Notes under the pieces: model-generated | The model's database searches: none | Seen by the model: only the letters and a program-made list of their open reading frames with translations | What the model was told of the DNA's origin: nothing | Assembly (NCBI GenBank): GCA_009103225.1 | Contig: RHPI01002503.1 | Coordinates: 52,697 to 116,696, forward strand | DNA from: Chlorokybus atmophyticus | Lineage: Eukaryota; Plantae; Mesostigma and Chlorokybus algae | Direction: 5' to 3' | DNA: 64,000 nucleotides | Made by a program: the position numbers and the translations under genes | Shown here: positions 14,186 through 27,848 of the stretch, piece by piece | How the letters are laid out: the number at the start of each line of letters is the position of its first letter | How positions within the stretch are numbered: position 1 is the first letter of the stretch

Positions 14186-17100
14186 CTATCTCATGTGAGA
14201 AGGTGTTTTGTGCTTGACATTGCGCTCGCGCTGGGTCCACACCGGTGACTTGGCTACAGTGAGCGGCCTGGTGGACCTGCTCACAGCATACAACAGTCAG
14301 CATCTGTGGCACGTGTGCGTAAGTGTAACTCACGACTCACAGACTCGCACCTTCGTGGCTGGAAGACGTGGTCAAAGTCTGGTACTGGATTGGCCTTGGG
14401 GATCAGTTGCTTGCGCAAATCCTTGATTGCTTCCTCTTCAAGTTGCTGCAATTGTCCAGTGAGCAGACTACTTCACACAATGACAACATGCCTGACGGTT
14501 GATGCACACAGAGAGCAATTAAACGCATGAGCAAGGTATTATTATTAACGCACCTGCTTAATCAGCTCTTGTTCATGCTGCAGCCACTCTGCTTCGCTGA
14601 GCTTCTCTGCCACCTGCCAACAACATAGACCACTTTATGCAGCACTTGCTAATGAGCAATCAGCGGTTACTAGACAAGAGCAAAGTAGAGTCGTACCAAT
14701 GCATCAAACTCCTGGCGCTGTGCAGCCCGTTGTGTCGATGCAAGTGGTGGAGTGTACGCATCTGTGAGCGGCTTGGTGCTTTTCATGGGCACAAAAGGGT
14801 CCACCCTGTTGCATAAGCATATCAAACATGAACATTGTTGATAGCGAATAGCAGCATGCAAGTTCATAGGGACCCATCACAAGCTCACGTTAGCGACCGG
14901 TTAGGCTGCGCCGTGAAGTTGGCAGACTCCTTTATTCTCTGCTCCCATTCCATGCGCAGCTCTGTTACGCGAGCTTGAGTCAGCGAACCGCGTTGATCTG
15001 TCCTCAGCTCAAATGGTGCGGGCAGCGTCAACTCCTTCCTTGTCACAGCATTGTTGGGCATCTAAGGAGGTGAGTAACCACAATGAGATGCAAACACCAG
15101 GCTGGCATTGTCACACCAGTTGTGTTACCGGCAGTTTACTCAAAGAACATTGCCTCGGCACTCACCCATGGGCTTTCTAGGGTGGGCGGCAAAGGCTGTG
15201 CGTGCACTGCGCGAGCGGCTGCCTCTTCAGCTTGCTTCTGCAGCAATCGCTGCCGCAGCTCCTCCTGTTTTTTCTTGCCACGCTCCTGCACGCATCCAAC
15301 AACAGCATGAACACAAGCCCATTTCTCAACTCACCCTGCAAACCTGAGAGGTTGAGTGTTAAAGTGCTACCTCTGTGGCGAGGTTGAAGGGATTCTGCTC
15401 GATCATGTGGGGGGCATGGTGTGTATGGACAGTCGGAGGTGGTGCTGCGGGAGGTGCAGGCCGCGCCTAACGCAAGCAAGCAGGTTCAGTTAAGCACAAG
15501 TGTGCACAATACCAGCAAACTGAGCAATGCATGCTTAGCGCAAAGACTGCAAGCACACCTTGAAGGTGCATGGTTCAGGCTCCGGAGCCGGTAGCTGTAG
15601 TGATGGCCGTGACAGTGCTCGCGCTGTTGTAGCAAGCATCGGGGATAATGGCACAGTGGCCTTGCCAAGCTGCAGAGCCTATTGATCATACAGACATGTT
15701 CCATACAGACATGTGGCTGCGGGTTGGCTGCGCATATAAGTGGAAAAAAGTGGCAACTCCAGCTGAACCCCGCACCTGGGTTCTAGTGTGCTTCTTGTGC
15801 ACGTTGTCTTCTTCCTGAATGGGAAGCGGGTGCAGGAGGGCTCGATCCTCCGTCATGAAGTGGAAGCCCTGGAGACACGTAGAGTTACATCACCACACTC
15901 ATCATGTACCGCAATCCCAAACAAACGTGCTTGTGTGTGTTTGGTTCAGTCACCTGTGGCTCGGTCAGCGGGCGCTTCATGACACGGGGCACTCCAATTT
16001 CCCCACCGCTCTGCAGAACCTGTCGAAAGCATCGCGTGTCAGCCAGTGTGCAACACATTGGCATGGGAGACAAGTTTGCGCGTGGACAACCAAGTTGGGA
16101 GCAAGGCACAATGCTGCAAACCTTGGGATTGAGTGGCAAGGCTTTGAACCTAGGCACCTTGGCAAGCTCCTCTTCTTCTAGCTCCGCTGTGCTCTTGACA
16201 CTGCAAGAAGCCTCTTATGTTGACAAATCTGCATGCTTATCGCGACAACGCAAAGACAAGAGCAATGAAGATACACTCACGTTGCGTGGCGGATGCGAGA
16301 AGACGTCGCAAATTGCGGTTCCACGGCACGCGTAAGGCGGAGGTTGTATCGCTGAGTAATAGGCTTGTCCTGCGACCACTGATAAGTAAGGCAAAGAAGG
16401 CAAAGCAGACTGAAAGATGATGATTTACAAACGAGTAAAAATGCTCACCTGACTATGCGGGCGCGTATGGAACCTCGCCGGCGTTTTGGTCTGAAACTTC
16501 TGCACCTTCAACGCTATTGAGTCGTAAGGGGATCTTGTAGGCGTGGTTTCCTGCAAGGTTGACATTCACTCCAACCTAAGCAATGTGCCAGCTTGCGCTA
16601 ACATGCATGTGTTCAAAGCAAACACAGCGTACATGAGAGCGCGTGACCATCGCATGGCAACGAGCGCGGTCTTCTGTGGCCAACTTGAACGCACGAGCAA
16701 CTGTCTCCTTGTGTAAGACCTGTTCGTCATCAGCACCATGGTTCTGAAACTCAACACGCCGTTTAGCAACAGTAGCAACACAGCGACAATGCATGAGCCT
16801 CTTCTGCAAATGTGTTTGTGCAAAGGACTTACCTTTGTGGACTTTGCAAGGGTTCTGGCATGAGCATCTGATGCTTCGGCGGCAGGGCAGTCGTGCGCAC
16901 GAATGCGGCTGCCATCAACAAGAAGTCTTACATGGTAACCTTGAGTACCTGCTACTCAAATAGATGTAGATTTCGTTGCAAGACTCACCTGGCAGTATGC
17001 AGCTTTGGTGTTTTGGGAACAGTGAGTGAGACAACAGCGGTTGAGTGCATCTCCGAGTGCAACCGCTTGAGAGTATGTGTGGCAGTCTTGACCGGGATGT

Positions 17101-18233
17101 TGTCCAACAGCGGTGCGAAGCACGCCTTACCGGAGACAGCCGCAGCTGACTTGTTGTTGGTAGTAGACTGTAATAACGCGCGCACCGCAGGGCGGTTCTT
17201 CATCTTCTCTGGTGTTGCCTTGATGCACGGCTTCTTGGGCTTCGGTTCTATTATACATATGGCATTGTTGTTACTGCAAAAGCTCTCACGCATCCTTTCT
17301 TGCGACGTTTGTAAGTATCAACATGTACCTGTTGCGAACTTGAACTGTGCCTGCTTGACATTGAGCGAACGTTTAGTGCCTTTCTTGTTCTCCTTGTTGT
17401 TGTGAGGGAAAGAAACCTTCTTCAACGGCGGTTGTTTCACGGCATGCATCTCACCCCTTCCTTCAGTACTGCAAACAGAGCATTCACGCTCAGATTCGTA
17501 AGGCACTAGTTACAGCACTGACATCACAAAGTTACAGAAAGGGGTGGTTGACCAGTTCACTTGCGCACTCATACCAAAGCGCTTTTGTTTGGCTCCTGGT
17601 TTGTCTCTGCCAACACAACACAGTACACACACGCATTAGATTCTGCATCTTCACAACACTGCTGCTGCCAAGCGCAGGCGTTGGATGCTTACCTTTTGCT
17701 TGGTGGGGCTGTGCTCTGGCGTGCGCAGGCCGTCATTCCCACCTGCAAGACCAATGCTTGTTGAGCTGCTCTGATCCAACAACAATGAGGTGCTAGCTAA
17801 GGTCAGACTGTTATGAACGTACCATGCACGGACTTTCCTTGCAGATAGTCATGCACGCAATAAAGGCAGCAACAAAGACTCAACTGGTCGACCAAGTGAC
17901 ACCAAAGATGAGATTAGCGACCGAACATATCCACGCTTGCAGTCTCTACTTGGGTCCAACGACCAAACATTGGTATGTTCTCAACAAGGCGCCCTTGCAA
18001 TTGGCAACGACACATCGAGCGAGTTCGCCGCCCTCCTCACCTGCATCGAACCAAGCGTCCGCTCCGTCGTCCTCATTCATGTCCACCGTCGCAAAGTCCA
18101 CATACTGCGGAGCGCAGAACTCGTAGGCGGGGTCCGTGAACGCCACCTCCTCCTCCATCTCCACCTGCGCCGCCTCCGCTACGGCCACCACCACCGCCAC
18201 CACCGCCGTCGCCGTCGCCGCCGCCGCCGCCAT
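14186..18233 (-). CDS. TPX2: TPX2-like microtubule-associated protein; multi-exon
   Basis: N-terminal DPAYEFCAPQYVDF...WFD resembles the Aurora-binding motif. C-terminal KPLTDAYTPPLASTQRAAQRQEFD, IKDLRKQLIPKANPVPDFDHVFQPRR and STRPLTVAKSP match the TPX2 domain. Internal exon boundaries only partly resolved. Confidence 0.85.
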
Positions 18234-19367
18234 GGCTGGGTTGCCTTCCCGCCCCTCTGCTGGCCTCTGCGTAGCAACGATCAGGTGGGCGTGGGGATGC
18301 CCTCCCGCGCTGGTAGCCAGGAGACTGCAGCGCACGACTTCAAGCGAAGCCCTGAACCCGTTGAGCGGAATTGAATTAAAACTTCAAATGCGAGAGCGGC
18401 AACGGCTAACACATATCTGATATCGCTGTGAGCGCGGTAGAGAACAGATATCTGCGCTAGAGCTCTGCTTTGTTAAAGGAATGCTGAACGACTCGTAACT
18501 ATGATCCCCCGCGCTTCAAGAGCCCCTTTGGCAAAGGGCCTTTCTTCCCGAGCTACAATGCCCCAACAATGGAGATGTGGTATACAATTTACACACATTA
18601 TTGCATGAATTTCGTCTTTTGTCACCTCCGTTGTGTCATTCATTACTCGTTTACAATGGCTCAAAGTTTATTACATACCACTCCACTTCCAAGTTGTTGC
18701 ATCGTGCATTCTACATAAGATCTGTGATATCCCGTTCATTTGAATTCATTCAATCAAAACATACATACTTTTTGATGTAGCGTGTTGCATAACCTACTTC
18801 ATGCAAACTGTTAATGCAAGCTACGCAGAAGATGGCATGCCTACACCATATAATCAATATTATGTATGAAAGGCTGAATTATAAAGAACTTCTTATTCAT
18901 TCTAAAGCGTGCATTCATGTGTTTGCAAGCATAGCAACATAAGTTTGTATCAATTCATGGTCGGCAAAAACAATGTGCAACAAAACACGATATGCTGTGT
19001 TATCAAGTTAAGAGTGGCGCGTTGTTATGGTGATACATCTTATTTACCCATTTTGAGTGCCCCCCTACTACAATTACCCCCATAGATATTCAAGGGGGGC
19101 ACGATGTTAGGCTCTATTATGCCCCCTTCTTGTATACAATGGCTCCCTGCTATAGTGTTATGCGTAAAATGTTCCGTGCGTAGCTTTCATACGTAAGCTA
19201 CATATGCAATAAGTTACACTTTTGTAACGGTCATGTTACGTATTCTTTCGTGTTTGTGGACTATGTTACATTTGGTGAGGTATGGTCAGTCAGCGTAATC
19301 GTGATCTAATACAATGCTCCCTTCTGAATAAAGTGCACCCTCAAATACAATTACCCCTTTACAAATC

Positions 19368-19458
19368 GGGGGGGGGGGGGGGGGGNNNNNNNNNNNNNNN
19401 NNNNNNNNNNNNNNNNNNNNNNNNNNNNNNNNNNNNNNNNNNGGGGGGGGGGGGGGGG
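19368..19458. repeat. Poly-G tract with internal assembly gap (N 19386-19442)
   Basis: G runs of 18 and 16 nt flank the N run. Confidence 0.95.
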
Positions 19459-20441
19459 CACTACGTTGGAAGGGGGGCACTGTGAACGGGTAAATACGGT
19501 ATTGTATTTGATGCAATGATACATTAGCATTTAAGATCTTCGAGATATTGAATGCCAATACATCATTGCCTCGTGCAAACTTTGTGTGTTATGCTGCATA
19601 CCATGCATGTCAAAGAGTCTTTGGCATGCGCGGTGCATATGGAAATTTATAGACTTAGCGCACACTTTCGATGAAGTCAAACATGCAAGCTCGTTGTGTT
19701 AGCAATATCAACATTAATGTTGCATTAGTAGAATGTGTATAAAGCTTAAGCGTTTGTTTTTCCCCATATATCAAATGCGCCTTACCAATTTGCTTATAGC
19801 AATAAACTTATTACTCAAGCTAGCAAGCTTGTTTATCACACATTTGGGTCATGCTGCTTATGCGGTGCTGTCAGATGACTGTTATACCTGCTAAATTGCC
19901 TTTCCATGATCCGCTATGTTTATATGTTGAAAGGTCATAATGCACTTAACTGTTAAATGACCATGCGCGCTTTGATTAACTTATGTGCCTGTTACTATTG
20001 GGAATGTTGTTGGTGCAAGCATCAGACAAACGATACGGGCATGCCGATTACTGCTGATGTGGTTTGATTAAGCTTGATGTGCTAGACAGCTACTGCCGGT
20101 CATTGTATATTATGTTGTACACAAGATGCAACAAGGATGTGCTGCAATAAGGTAATCATGTTGGCACTACACTTGTATGACAAGTTATAACAAGTGCATC
20201 ATGCTTTGGAAGAGGCCTTAAACGCATGTAGTGTTCATGGCACCTCACGAACAGCCATACATACTTTCAATATGATGTTTCGAGGAAATGGCGTAAATCA
20301 ATGTTCATCGGAGCATGCTTGCATGTGTACGTTATGATGGCACATTTGCTTTGTATGTTTACAATGGTAACCAAATCAATGGTGCGATGATTGAGTACTT
20401 GCATACTGCAAGCATTGCGACCATGTACCGTAAGAGGTCTC

Positions 20442-20679
20442 TCACCATGTATGATGCACCGTGCAATACCCATGAGACAGGAAGTTTTCAGTAAATAGAT
20501 ATTTGAGTGGTAACAACGGCTGTGCAACTCTGTCAATCCTTGTCGACGAAACATGAACATTCACCATGTATAATGCACGGTGCAATACCCATGAGACAGG
20601 AAGTTTTCAGTAAATAGATATTTGAGTGGTAACAACGGCTGTACAACTCTGTCAATCCTTGTCGACGAAACATGAACAT
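20442..20679. repeat. Near-perfect 119-bp tandem duplication (20442-20560 / 20561-20679)
   Basis: Both units run TCACCATGTA...GACGAAACATGAACAT with about 3 mismatches. Confidence 0.95.
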
Positions 20680-21117
20680 TATTAGCGCTCTGTGGTTGCA
20701 GCGAGGCACTAGGTTGACTCGGGCTTGATAGCCAAGATCGATGCGGCGCAGTCAACACATGAACCATCGCCAGTTCAAGAGCAATGCCACTTCACTCCAA
20801 TGTCAGCAACAAGCGTCACTATACACAAGGCACACAGCACACAAGTATGTGGGAACATGGCGTGCACGTAGCAGACGACCTGCAGCGCGCAACCCCATGC
20901 AGAGACAACGGATCCAGCAGTCCCTTGCATTCCTATATGCAATGTACACATAGACACAGCGCAAGCCTCGGCCTAAACGGGACTGTTGTACTGCCTCTGC
21001 TGCCATGTGAGATGGTAGCGTCAAGTCATTGCAACATATTGGTAGCCTACAGCTACAGTGTTGGCAGTGAAGAGTGACTTGGATTGATGCAGGCTCAAAG
21101 ATGCGGGCTCAAACATG

Positions 21118-23408
21118 TCATGTTGGTCGCTTTGGAAGCAGCGCAGTGTGTTCGTCAAAGTTGTCGGCTGCTGACTTTGGCTTCTGCAGCTCTATACTCC
21201 GAGTGCGGGACACATGAGTAGGGGACCCCACTGCTGAGTTCCCTTCCTGCTGCGCGCTGAGTGGACCAGGTCCTGGAAGACCTGGCAACATAAACTCACT
21301 TACTAATGACGCTCAGAAGGATAAGCAAGGCTCTGGCCATTGCTGCAATATGCGACACGTGTAACAAAGCAACTAGCCAACAGAGCATGAGTATGGCAGT
21401 ATGTGTGTTGCTTCTTGTGCTCTGCCTGTGTTCACCTGGTGTACTGGGTAACTGCTGATCGCCGTAGTCCTTAGTGCTATGAAGCAACACAAAACCTGCC
21501 ACTATTATGACGAAACCACACAGCTCTGACACGATCTGTGTGGCGGTTTGAGTGTTCCACTCCTGCACGTGACAAGTTGCTAGTTAAGATTGCCAGGGTC
21601 ATGAGAGCAAAAGTAGGAACTACTGCTACTCAGTAACAAAGCAAGCTGCTCAGAAAAAACAGTGAACTGGGCCAAATGATCGGCACTGCTTATATCCTTA
21701 CCCTGAACATAATGGCCGATGCCAAAATTGTAAAAATAGTAAATGTCACATAGTATATTGGTGTAACAACCGCTGTGTTAAAAAGATCAAGCGCCTGCGA
21801 GCAAAAGTACTGAGTTATGCTGTGCAGACATTAGTCGATGCCTTGCAACATCCATGAATGTACCTTATTTAGATAATTCATCTGCACCACAACACATATT
21901 GCGACAATCACCGCGAACACGTACGACTGAAAGTACACCAACTGGTTGTCTCCAGCAAACGTGAGCTTCAGCGCTATCCCAAGCGCTTTGCACGACATCA
22001 CTGATAGTGAACCCATCAAGCTGCAGATTCCAATGTACACCATGAGATGTCTTGGCCCGTACTGCGGCGCCGTGCATGCCACCTGATGCATACGGGTTAC
22101 GTCGTCTGCAACATGAGCGACGTGCACACATTCTTCATGACGGCGTGCAGCTCACGCAGACCGACACTCACAGCAGTGTATACACTCAAATCCTGTGAGT
22201 GCCAATGCTTGCTGCATGCGCCGTTATACCTGCAGGAAGACCACCAACATGACGGCAGTTGTGGCATAGAGCAAAAATGGGATATCGGTTGCCATCGCCC
22301 ACACTTCGAGTACAGATGATGGCGTCCGTTCAACGGGTGCGTGGATAATGATGGTAACCGCCCCAACAACACATAGAACACAGCCAAGGACTCCTAGACC
22401 ATGCAGCTTCTCCCCGAGCAGGAAGTGCGCGAGCACAGCAGACACCAGGATGGAGACAGCCCCCAATGGGGTCACCAGTATTGCCGGAGCAAACGCATAT
22501 GCTGCGAAGTTGGCCACCTCTCCCCCAACCATCGTGAGCATACCCATCCACCCTGCTCACAGCCATGCAAGAGTGACTGAACTGCATTACGCCACGTGAC
22601 AACAACTGCATCAGCCTCATGTGGGTTGACAGCGGTAAATAAACGCTGTCGTTGTTCAGACAGTCAACAGCTGTGCAAACCTGCCTCGCATCTACTCGGG
22701 AGCACGTACGTTTCCCCCTCCGAGTGTGTTGTCACGCATGCGATAAGTAGTTTAATAATACAACGAGAAGAGATGCAGACATGTACCATGGAACAAGTCC
22801 ATCATGCAACGCAGTGCATGCTCCTAGTACGCCACGCAGCCAAACCAAGATTGAAAAAATTGCTTAAGACGCTTGTCACAAGAGTAAACGGCATACAAGG
22901 AGCTACGGGAGCAGTACGTGCTGACTTGGGGCGCTGCATTGGCTAGCTGTTGATTGATGCGAGAGTCAAGCAATACGTAGCATAGCACCCAACTCAGCCG
23001 GACGTGCTGGACCGACCTCTTCATCTTGAGTGTATTCAGCAAATCACTTGCGTCTTTATATAAACACTTGAAGCAACACAACTCTTTGAGGACGCGCTAC
23101 GCGACCCATGTACATATGTATATTGAGTGTAACTTGGTTTGAGAGAAGGTCAGTGCAAACGCAATCAGGCCGTGGCGTCTGAACTGGAACCAGCATGAAT
23201 TGTGCATGCTATGCGACACACAGAGACGGGCCGGTAGCTCACACGCACATAGTGGCTCGTGAAGGTAGGTGTGGCCACCCTGCCCTGCCCTGAGCGCTCC
23301 CCCGCGGGCCCCTGCGGCCCGCAGGCCCTTCTTTTTGATAATGAACGAGGCGCCTATAAAGCCTGAGGACGACAGCGCCAGCACCAGGCCCTTGGTCTGC
23401 TCCTCCAT
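21118..23408 (-). CDS. NIPA-family (DMT superfamily) Mg2+ transporter; multi-exon
   Basis: [99 protein letters not shown]. Confidence 0.95.
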
Positions 23409-23960
23409 CCGAGGAGAAGGATTTGCGTCGGCGGCAGCAGGCGCCTGCTCCTTCCACTGCTTGCTCCTGTCGCGCTTCCCTCACCGCCTGCGCCGCCCAT
23501 GGCGCCTCCCGCCACCCCTCATCTCTCCTTCCTCAAAAGCACCATCCAAGCCACCAGACTTACCGCCCCCACTGCCGCCCAGCTGCTGGCCTGCTCTGGC
23601 ACCACCGCCGCCCACGACCGCCACTGCCACCACCCCAACCACCACTGTCAGCAACAACCGTGCCAGTAGCTAGAGGCTAATGCCGGTAGGCCTAGCTGCT
23701 GTGGCAACTCTCTCGGCACTGGCCTAGCTGCAGTAATCAACACCTCATCGTTAACAGCGGCAATGCCAGTAATCAACACCTCATTCAGCAATTCGGCAAT
23801 CGCCGACTGGCAATCGGGCAGTACTGGTGCACAGCAACAGATTGTCTCTCGCATCACCAGCCAGGAATGCGCCAGAACGCCAGAAGAAGCCAGCATGCTA
23901 TGTCAGTAGCAGCAATGCACACAGCGTCAGCTCGCCTGCTTGCTGTGTGCTGTGGCGGCA
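23409..23960. promoter_or_regulatory. Putative bidirectional promoter between NIPA (-) and the CofE-like gene (+)
   Basis: Head-to-head ATGs about 550 bp apart. Geometry only. Confidence 0.45.
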
Positions 23961-26900
23961 ATGGCGGTATCGTCGTCGGCATCGCTGGCGGAATGCGGCT
24001 GTCGCGTGGGGTCGCTGAGACCTTTTCCGTCGTTGGCATGCAGGCGGGTGAGTGGAGCCGTGCGCGTGCTCCGCCATCGACATTGCTGCTTGCCCAAAAG
24101 CAGCCGAGCGTTTCTGGCATGCCGTGCGGCAGCTTCGGCTGGTCCGTTTGTGGAGGCTTCTCCGCCGCCCTTTGCTACAGCGGAGAAGACTTACGGTCAA
24201 GAGGAGGCTAAGGCGCTTTGGTTGGAGCGAGAGGCCGACAGGTTGGCCCCCATTGAGAAGGCAATGGTTCGAGATGGTATGCTACTAACACGCGGCAGCT
24301 GGACCTGGCCCGTGAAGTCTGATCAGGAGTACAGGTATGCTCTTTCACAGCAAGAACATCATCTTAGCACAAGCAAGCGTCACCTGCATGTGGGGTTGTG
24401 GACAACAGTAAGTACAGCATATGCAGCATTACCAGCCGCATGCAGGGATCCAAACATGAGGAAGTTAGGTGTAGACGGTCTTATATCAAGCTGTCAAGTT
24501 GGTTATTTTTCCGGCGCTATGCACACACGGACAATGCGGTCTGTTGGTAACGAGACATGCAGCTTGCGCTCTCTGTGTTAGTACCGTTGGGCCTATCGAC
24601 ATGGTGCACAATGAAGCAACGCTCCACTGCATGCATGTCATGGTGTTAAGGTGGTGGGTCCTCCACTGGTATACATGTTTGATAGGTTGACAGGCATGAT
24701 GGAGTTCCGAAACATGACATCAAAGAAGGAGGTGTTCGTGCCGGAAGTGGCTGCCAAGTGCGTTTTGCTGGGTCGAGGGGATCTCTCTGGTGTTGAGGCC
24801 AAAATCAAGCTCATTGCGCGTCACGACAAGGAGGAGTCTGGCTCGCGGCCTGACAACTACTGGCGTGCCTACATTCTCAAGGCCAGGGCTTCCACGCGCA
24901 TGCAGGTGCCTATTCCATTCCGTACTTAGCAAGTCATGTGTGTGTTGTACACGTCATGTGCACTGCATGTTGCCCTGCACACCTTGGTTGGGTACGTGAT
25001 GTCGGAAGATGTTGCGACCTCTACACAACTGTTGCGGATAATCAAGCCATGATCAATGTACTTGCATGTCCGGAAAGAGACCACTTCATCTTGCGCATTC
25101 TTGAGCAACATTTTCAGCTTGACAAACAAGATGGGGTGTTGCAGGTGGAAGTCCAGCTTCAAGCGCCAAATGGAGCCACACTGGACCTGGTGACGGCCGC
25201 TTGGGTTCGAGTGAAGTATGTTGCTTACGGTCCGCATGGCAGGACACATTTGCAGCAGAATGTTGTCTTGCCATTGCAGTTCCCACCACCGCTGTCTGAG
25301 CCCTTGCGCTGGCAACGGTAAGGTACTACCTTTGCGCACACAGTACCATTTGTGTTGGATAGCACCCATGTGCTGGTTCTTGATGCTTACTGCATGCAGA
25401 CGCGGAGCAGCGGACATCCTGCCAATACCAACGCACCTGCTCTGCCACCTTGACGACCCATTGTCAATCATGCAAACGTAGGTCAAAAGCATTACACTGC
25501 AGTGCGCGCAGGCATCTATGCACCGTGCAAGCTATGCACCTCTTCAACCCGCAACATAGCTCATGTGTTGGGCCCACGTACATATGCATGCATGCATGGA
25601 TACGTATTGGCGCATGCATACGTTCTTGCGTATTGGAGAGCGCATCTTTGATGTGACTCCAAGGTGGCTGTAGGTATATCTTGCCCCATGCCCAGCCGGG
25701 AGATGTGCTCGCACTAGCAGAGTCCCCATTGGCAATCATGCAAGGTGTGCAGTAGCCCTGTTCTGCATGGTGTAGGTTGCAGGTATTAAAGGCTTCACGA
25801 GCTGACATAACCTGCGCACTCCAGGACGTATCCGGCACCCTGAAACGCTACGTGTGAGCTTGCTAGCACGGCTGGTTTGCCTCTGCTTCCATCCCACTTC
25901 CAGTCTGGCGACAGCTTGTGGAACGCAAGCTCTCATCGACCTAGCAGGCCCAGTGCGGATATTCTTCGCAGCCATTATAGGCATCCTTGGCAGGTTAGCA
26001 TGAGCCCGTTGGTGCGCAGGTAAACCTCTTTAGTATTGTGTTCTAAAGGCGCTACTTCTGCCAGACTTGTGGGCGTGCGAGGCATGTTCTACAATGTAGC
26101 AGGAGATCAGGTAGCGTATTGCTGGTAGCCTTCAAGCTGCTGGCTTTCAGCAAAATTATCTCACTATGGAGTCTCAATCAGCATTCCACAACTGCTGTAG
26201 CCAAGCAGTGTGTTTGCAGGCACGGTTGATTGATGATGTCACAGGCACACTGCCGCCCTACGATCAGTTCATCTGTCTTGGGCCGGTACGCTTGCAATAC
26301 CCTGAGGGTTTGTTCTGGGGCTGTTGACTGGCGCCATGGTATGCGCCTGTCATACATTACGTTGACAATGCAGGTGCGGAGTCAGGAAACAGTCGATGCG
26401 TTGAGAGACAAAACAGGTGAGTATGTACTTGCGGCAGTGCTCATCTGTCAACAAGCTTGTTTGCCTTTGTCAAGCACATGCAGACTGCACCGCCAATCAA
26501 ATGTGCAGTGTTCATGTGTGGGATGAAGCGGCTGAGCTTGATGCGAATTAGTGCTTGGCATGCACCTATTCTGGTCAAGGCATGGAGACGGAATGGCATT
26601 GCATCGTTCTCACGAGCGCATGTCATTGTGTTCTCCAGGCATGGAAGTGGCAATTGTTGACGTGAACGACCTTCAACGCGTTCAGATCCTTGCGGTGCGC
26701 ATGTAGCAAGCATCTGCTTTGTTTACAGAAAATGCAGAATACAAGATTATGCAACTGCAAAATTGCTGCTGATCTATGTGGGCCATTTGACAGGCGTCGC
26801 GCGGCGTTGATGGACAGGTGCTCACTGAGGCCTTGCGCACAAATCCTGCTGGTATGTTGTGGCTATCACTGTTCTCCCCCATTGGTGCAGCCACATGATC

Positions 26901-26979
26901 TAAATATTGCTGTGTTGCAGGTAATGCCGAGCAGCAAACACCACTAGTTCTTGTGCGTCCACGCAGAAATGACAGCTAG
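23961..26979 (+). CDS. Cyanobacterial-type F420-0:gamma-glutamyl-ligase-like (CofE-like) protein with predicted plastid transit peptide; about 13 exons
   Basis: Phase-consistent GT-AG exons give EVFVPE..LLGRGDLSG..RPDNYWRAYILK, YVAYGPHGR, ILPIPTHLLCHLDDP, AQPGDVLALAESPLAIMQGR, FHPTSSLATACG, ARLIDDVTGTLPPYDQFICLGP, AIVDVNDL and NPAGNAEQQTPLVLVRP. These match my recollection of the Synechococcus-type family. The N-terminus is Ser/Ala/Arg-rich. Confidence 0.82.
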
Positions 26980-27848
26980 TCCTGTACTACTCGCCCGTTG
27001 TGTACTTGGCTGTGATGCGTTCAATTATGTACTGCTGTGCGAGTTTTGCAGTACTAAGCAGTTGGGTTCACGCAAACTCTTGTCGCCTCTTCTCTCCCTG
27101 AGCCCCTTGCCGCGAGGAACAACAGGCCTCCCGCGCCAACAGATACAGGGTAGTGTGACAGGTGATAAAGTAGCCCGGTGGTTCTACTGACTGAGTGATG
27201 TTGTGTTTTATGCGTGTGTCGTGCATATGGTGCATGTCGTGCATGTGGTGTGCGTGCGTGTGTGGGCATGTGTTGCACGCAGTCAATCCCCTCCCAATTC
27301 TTTTGTACACCCTATGCTGGTAAGGGCTGCAATGTGTAACAAGCATAGTAGTCTGTGGCACCAAGCGCTGTAAGCCACTATGGCTGCATTTCCCAGAACC
27401 CAAAGCTGCACCGGTCACATGCTATTACTCATGCTCTCCGGATTAAACCAACTATGCGTGTTTGAAGTTGTATTGCACAACAGCATTTTATCATGCACGG
27501 CGCAATACGTGTGCTTGAAGAATCTTCTCGGTCAAAACGCAGAAATTATGTGGCTAACCAAGCTTCACAAAACGTGCAAGGCAACCTGCAGCACCTGGAA
27601 ATCATATCCACATTACTAGATAAACATAACTGCAAGCCAAGTGGCCCAACACTCGTCTCCAACAGCAGATACAGGCAGCCCCTCTCCAGCAGCTGTACAA
27701 CACCGCTAACCATCTTCCCCTCTCCACTGACGAGCTAGAAACACTCTCCAGCTGCACTGCTGCTACCCTAGTCGTGCTGCAAGCTAGACAAGTAAGCTGT
27801 ACAGAGGGCAACACTCTGGGCATTGTACAGGTTCCCAATAAGACAACA

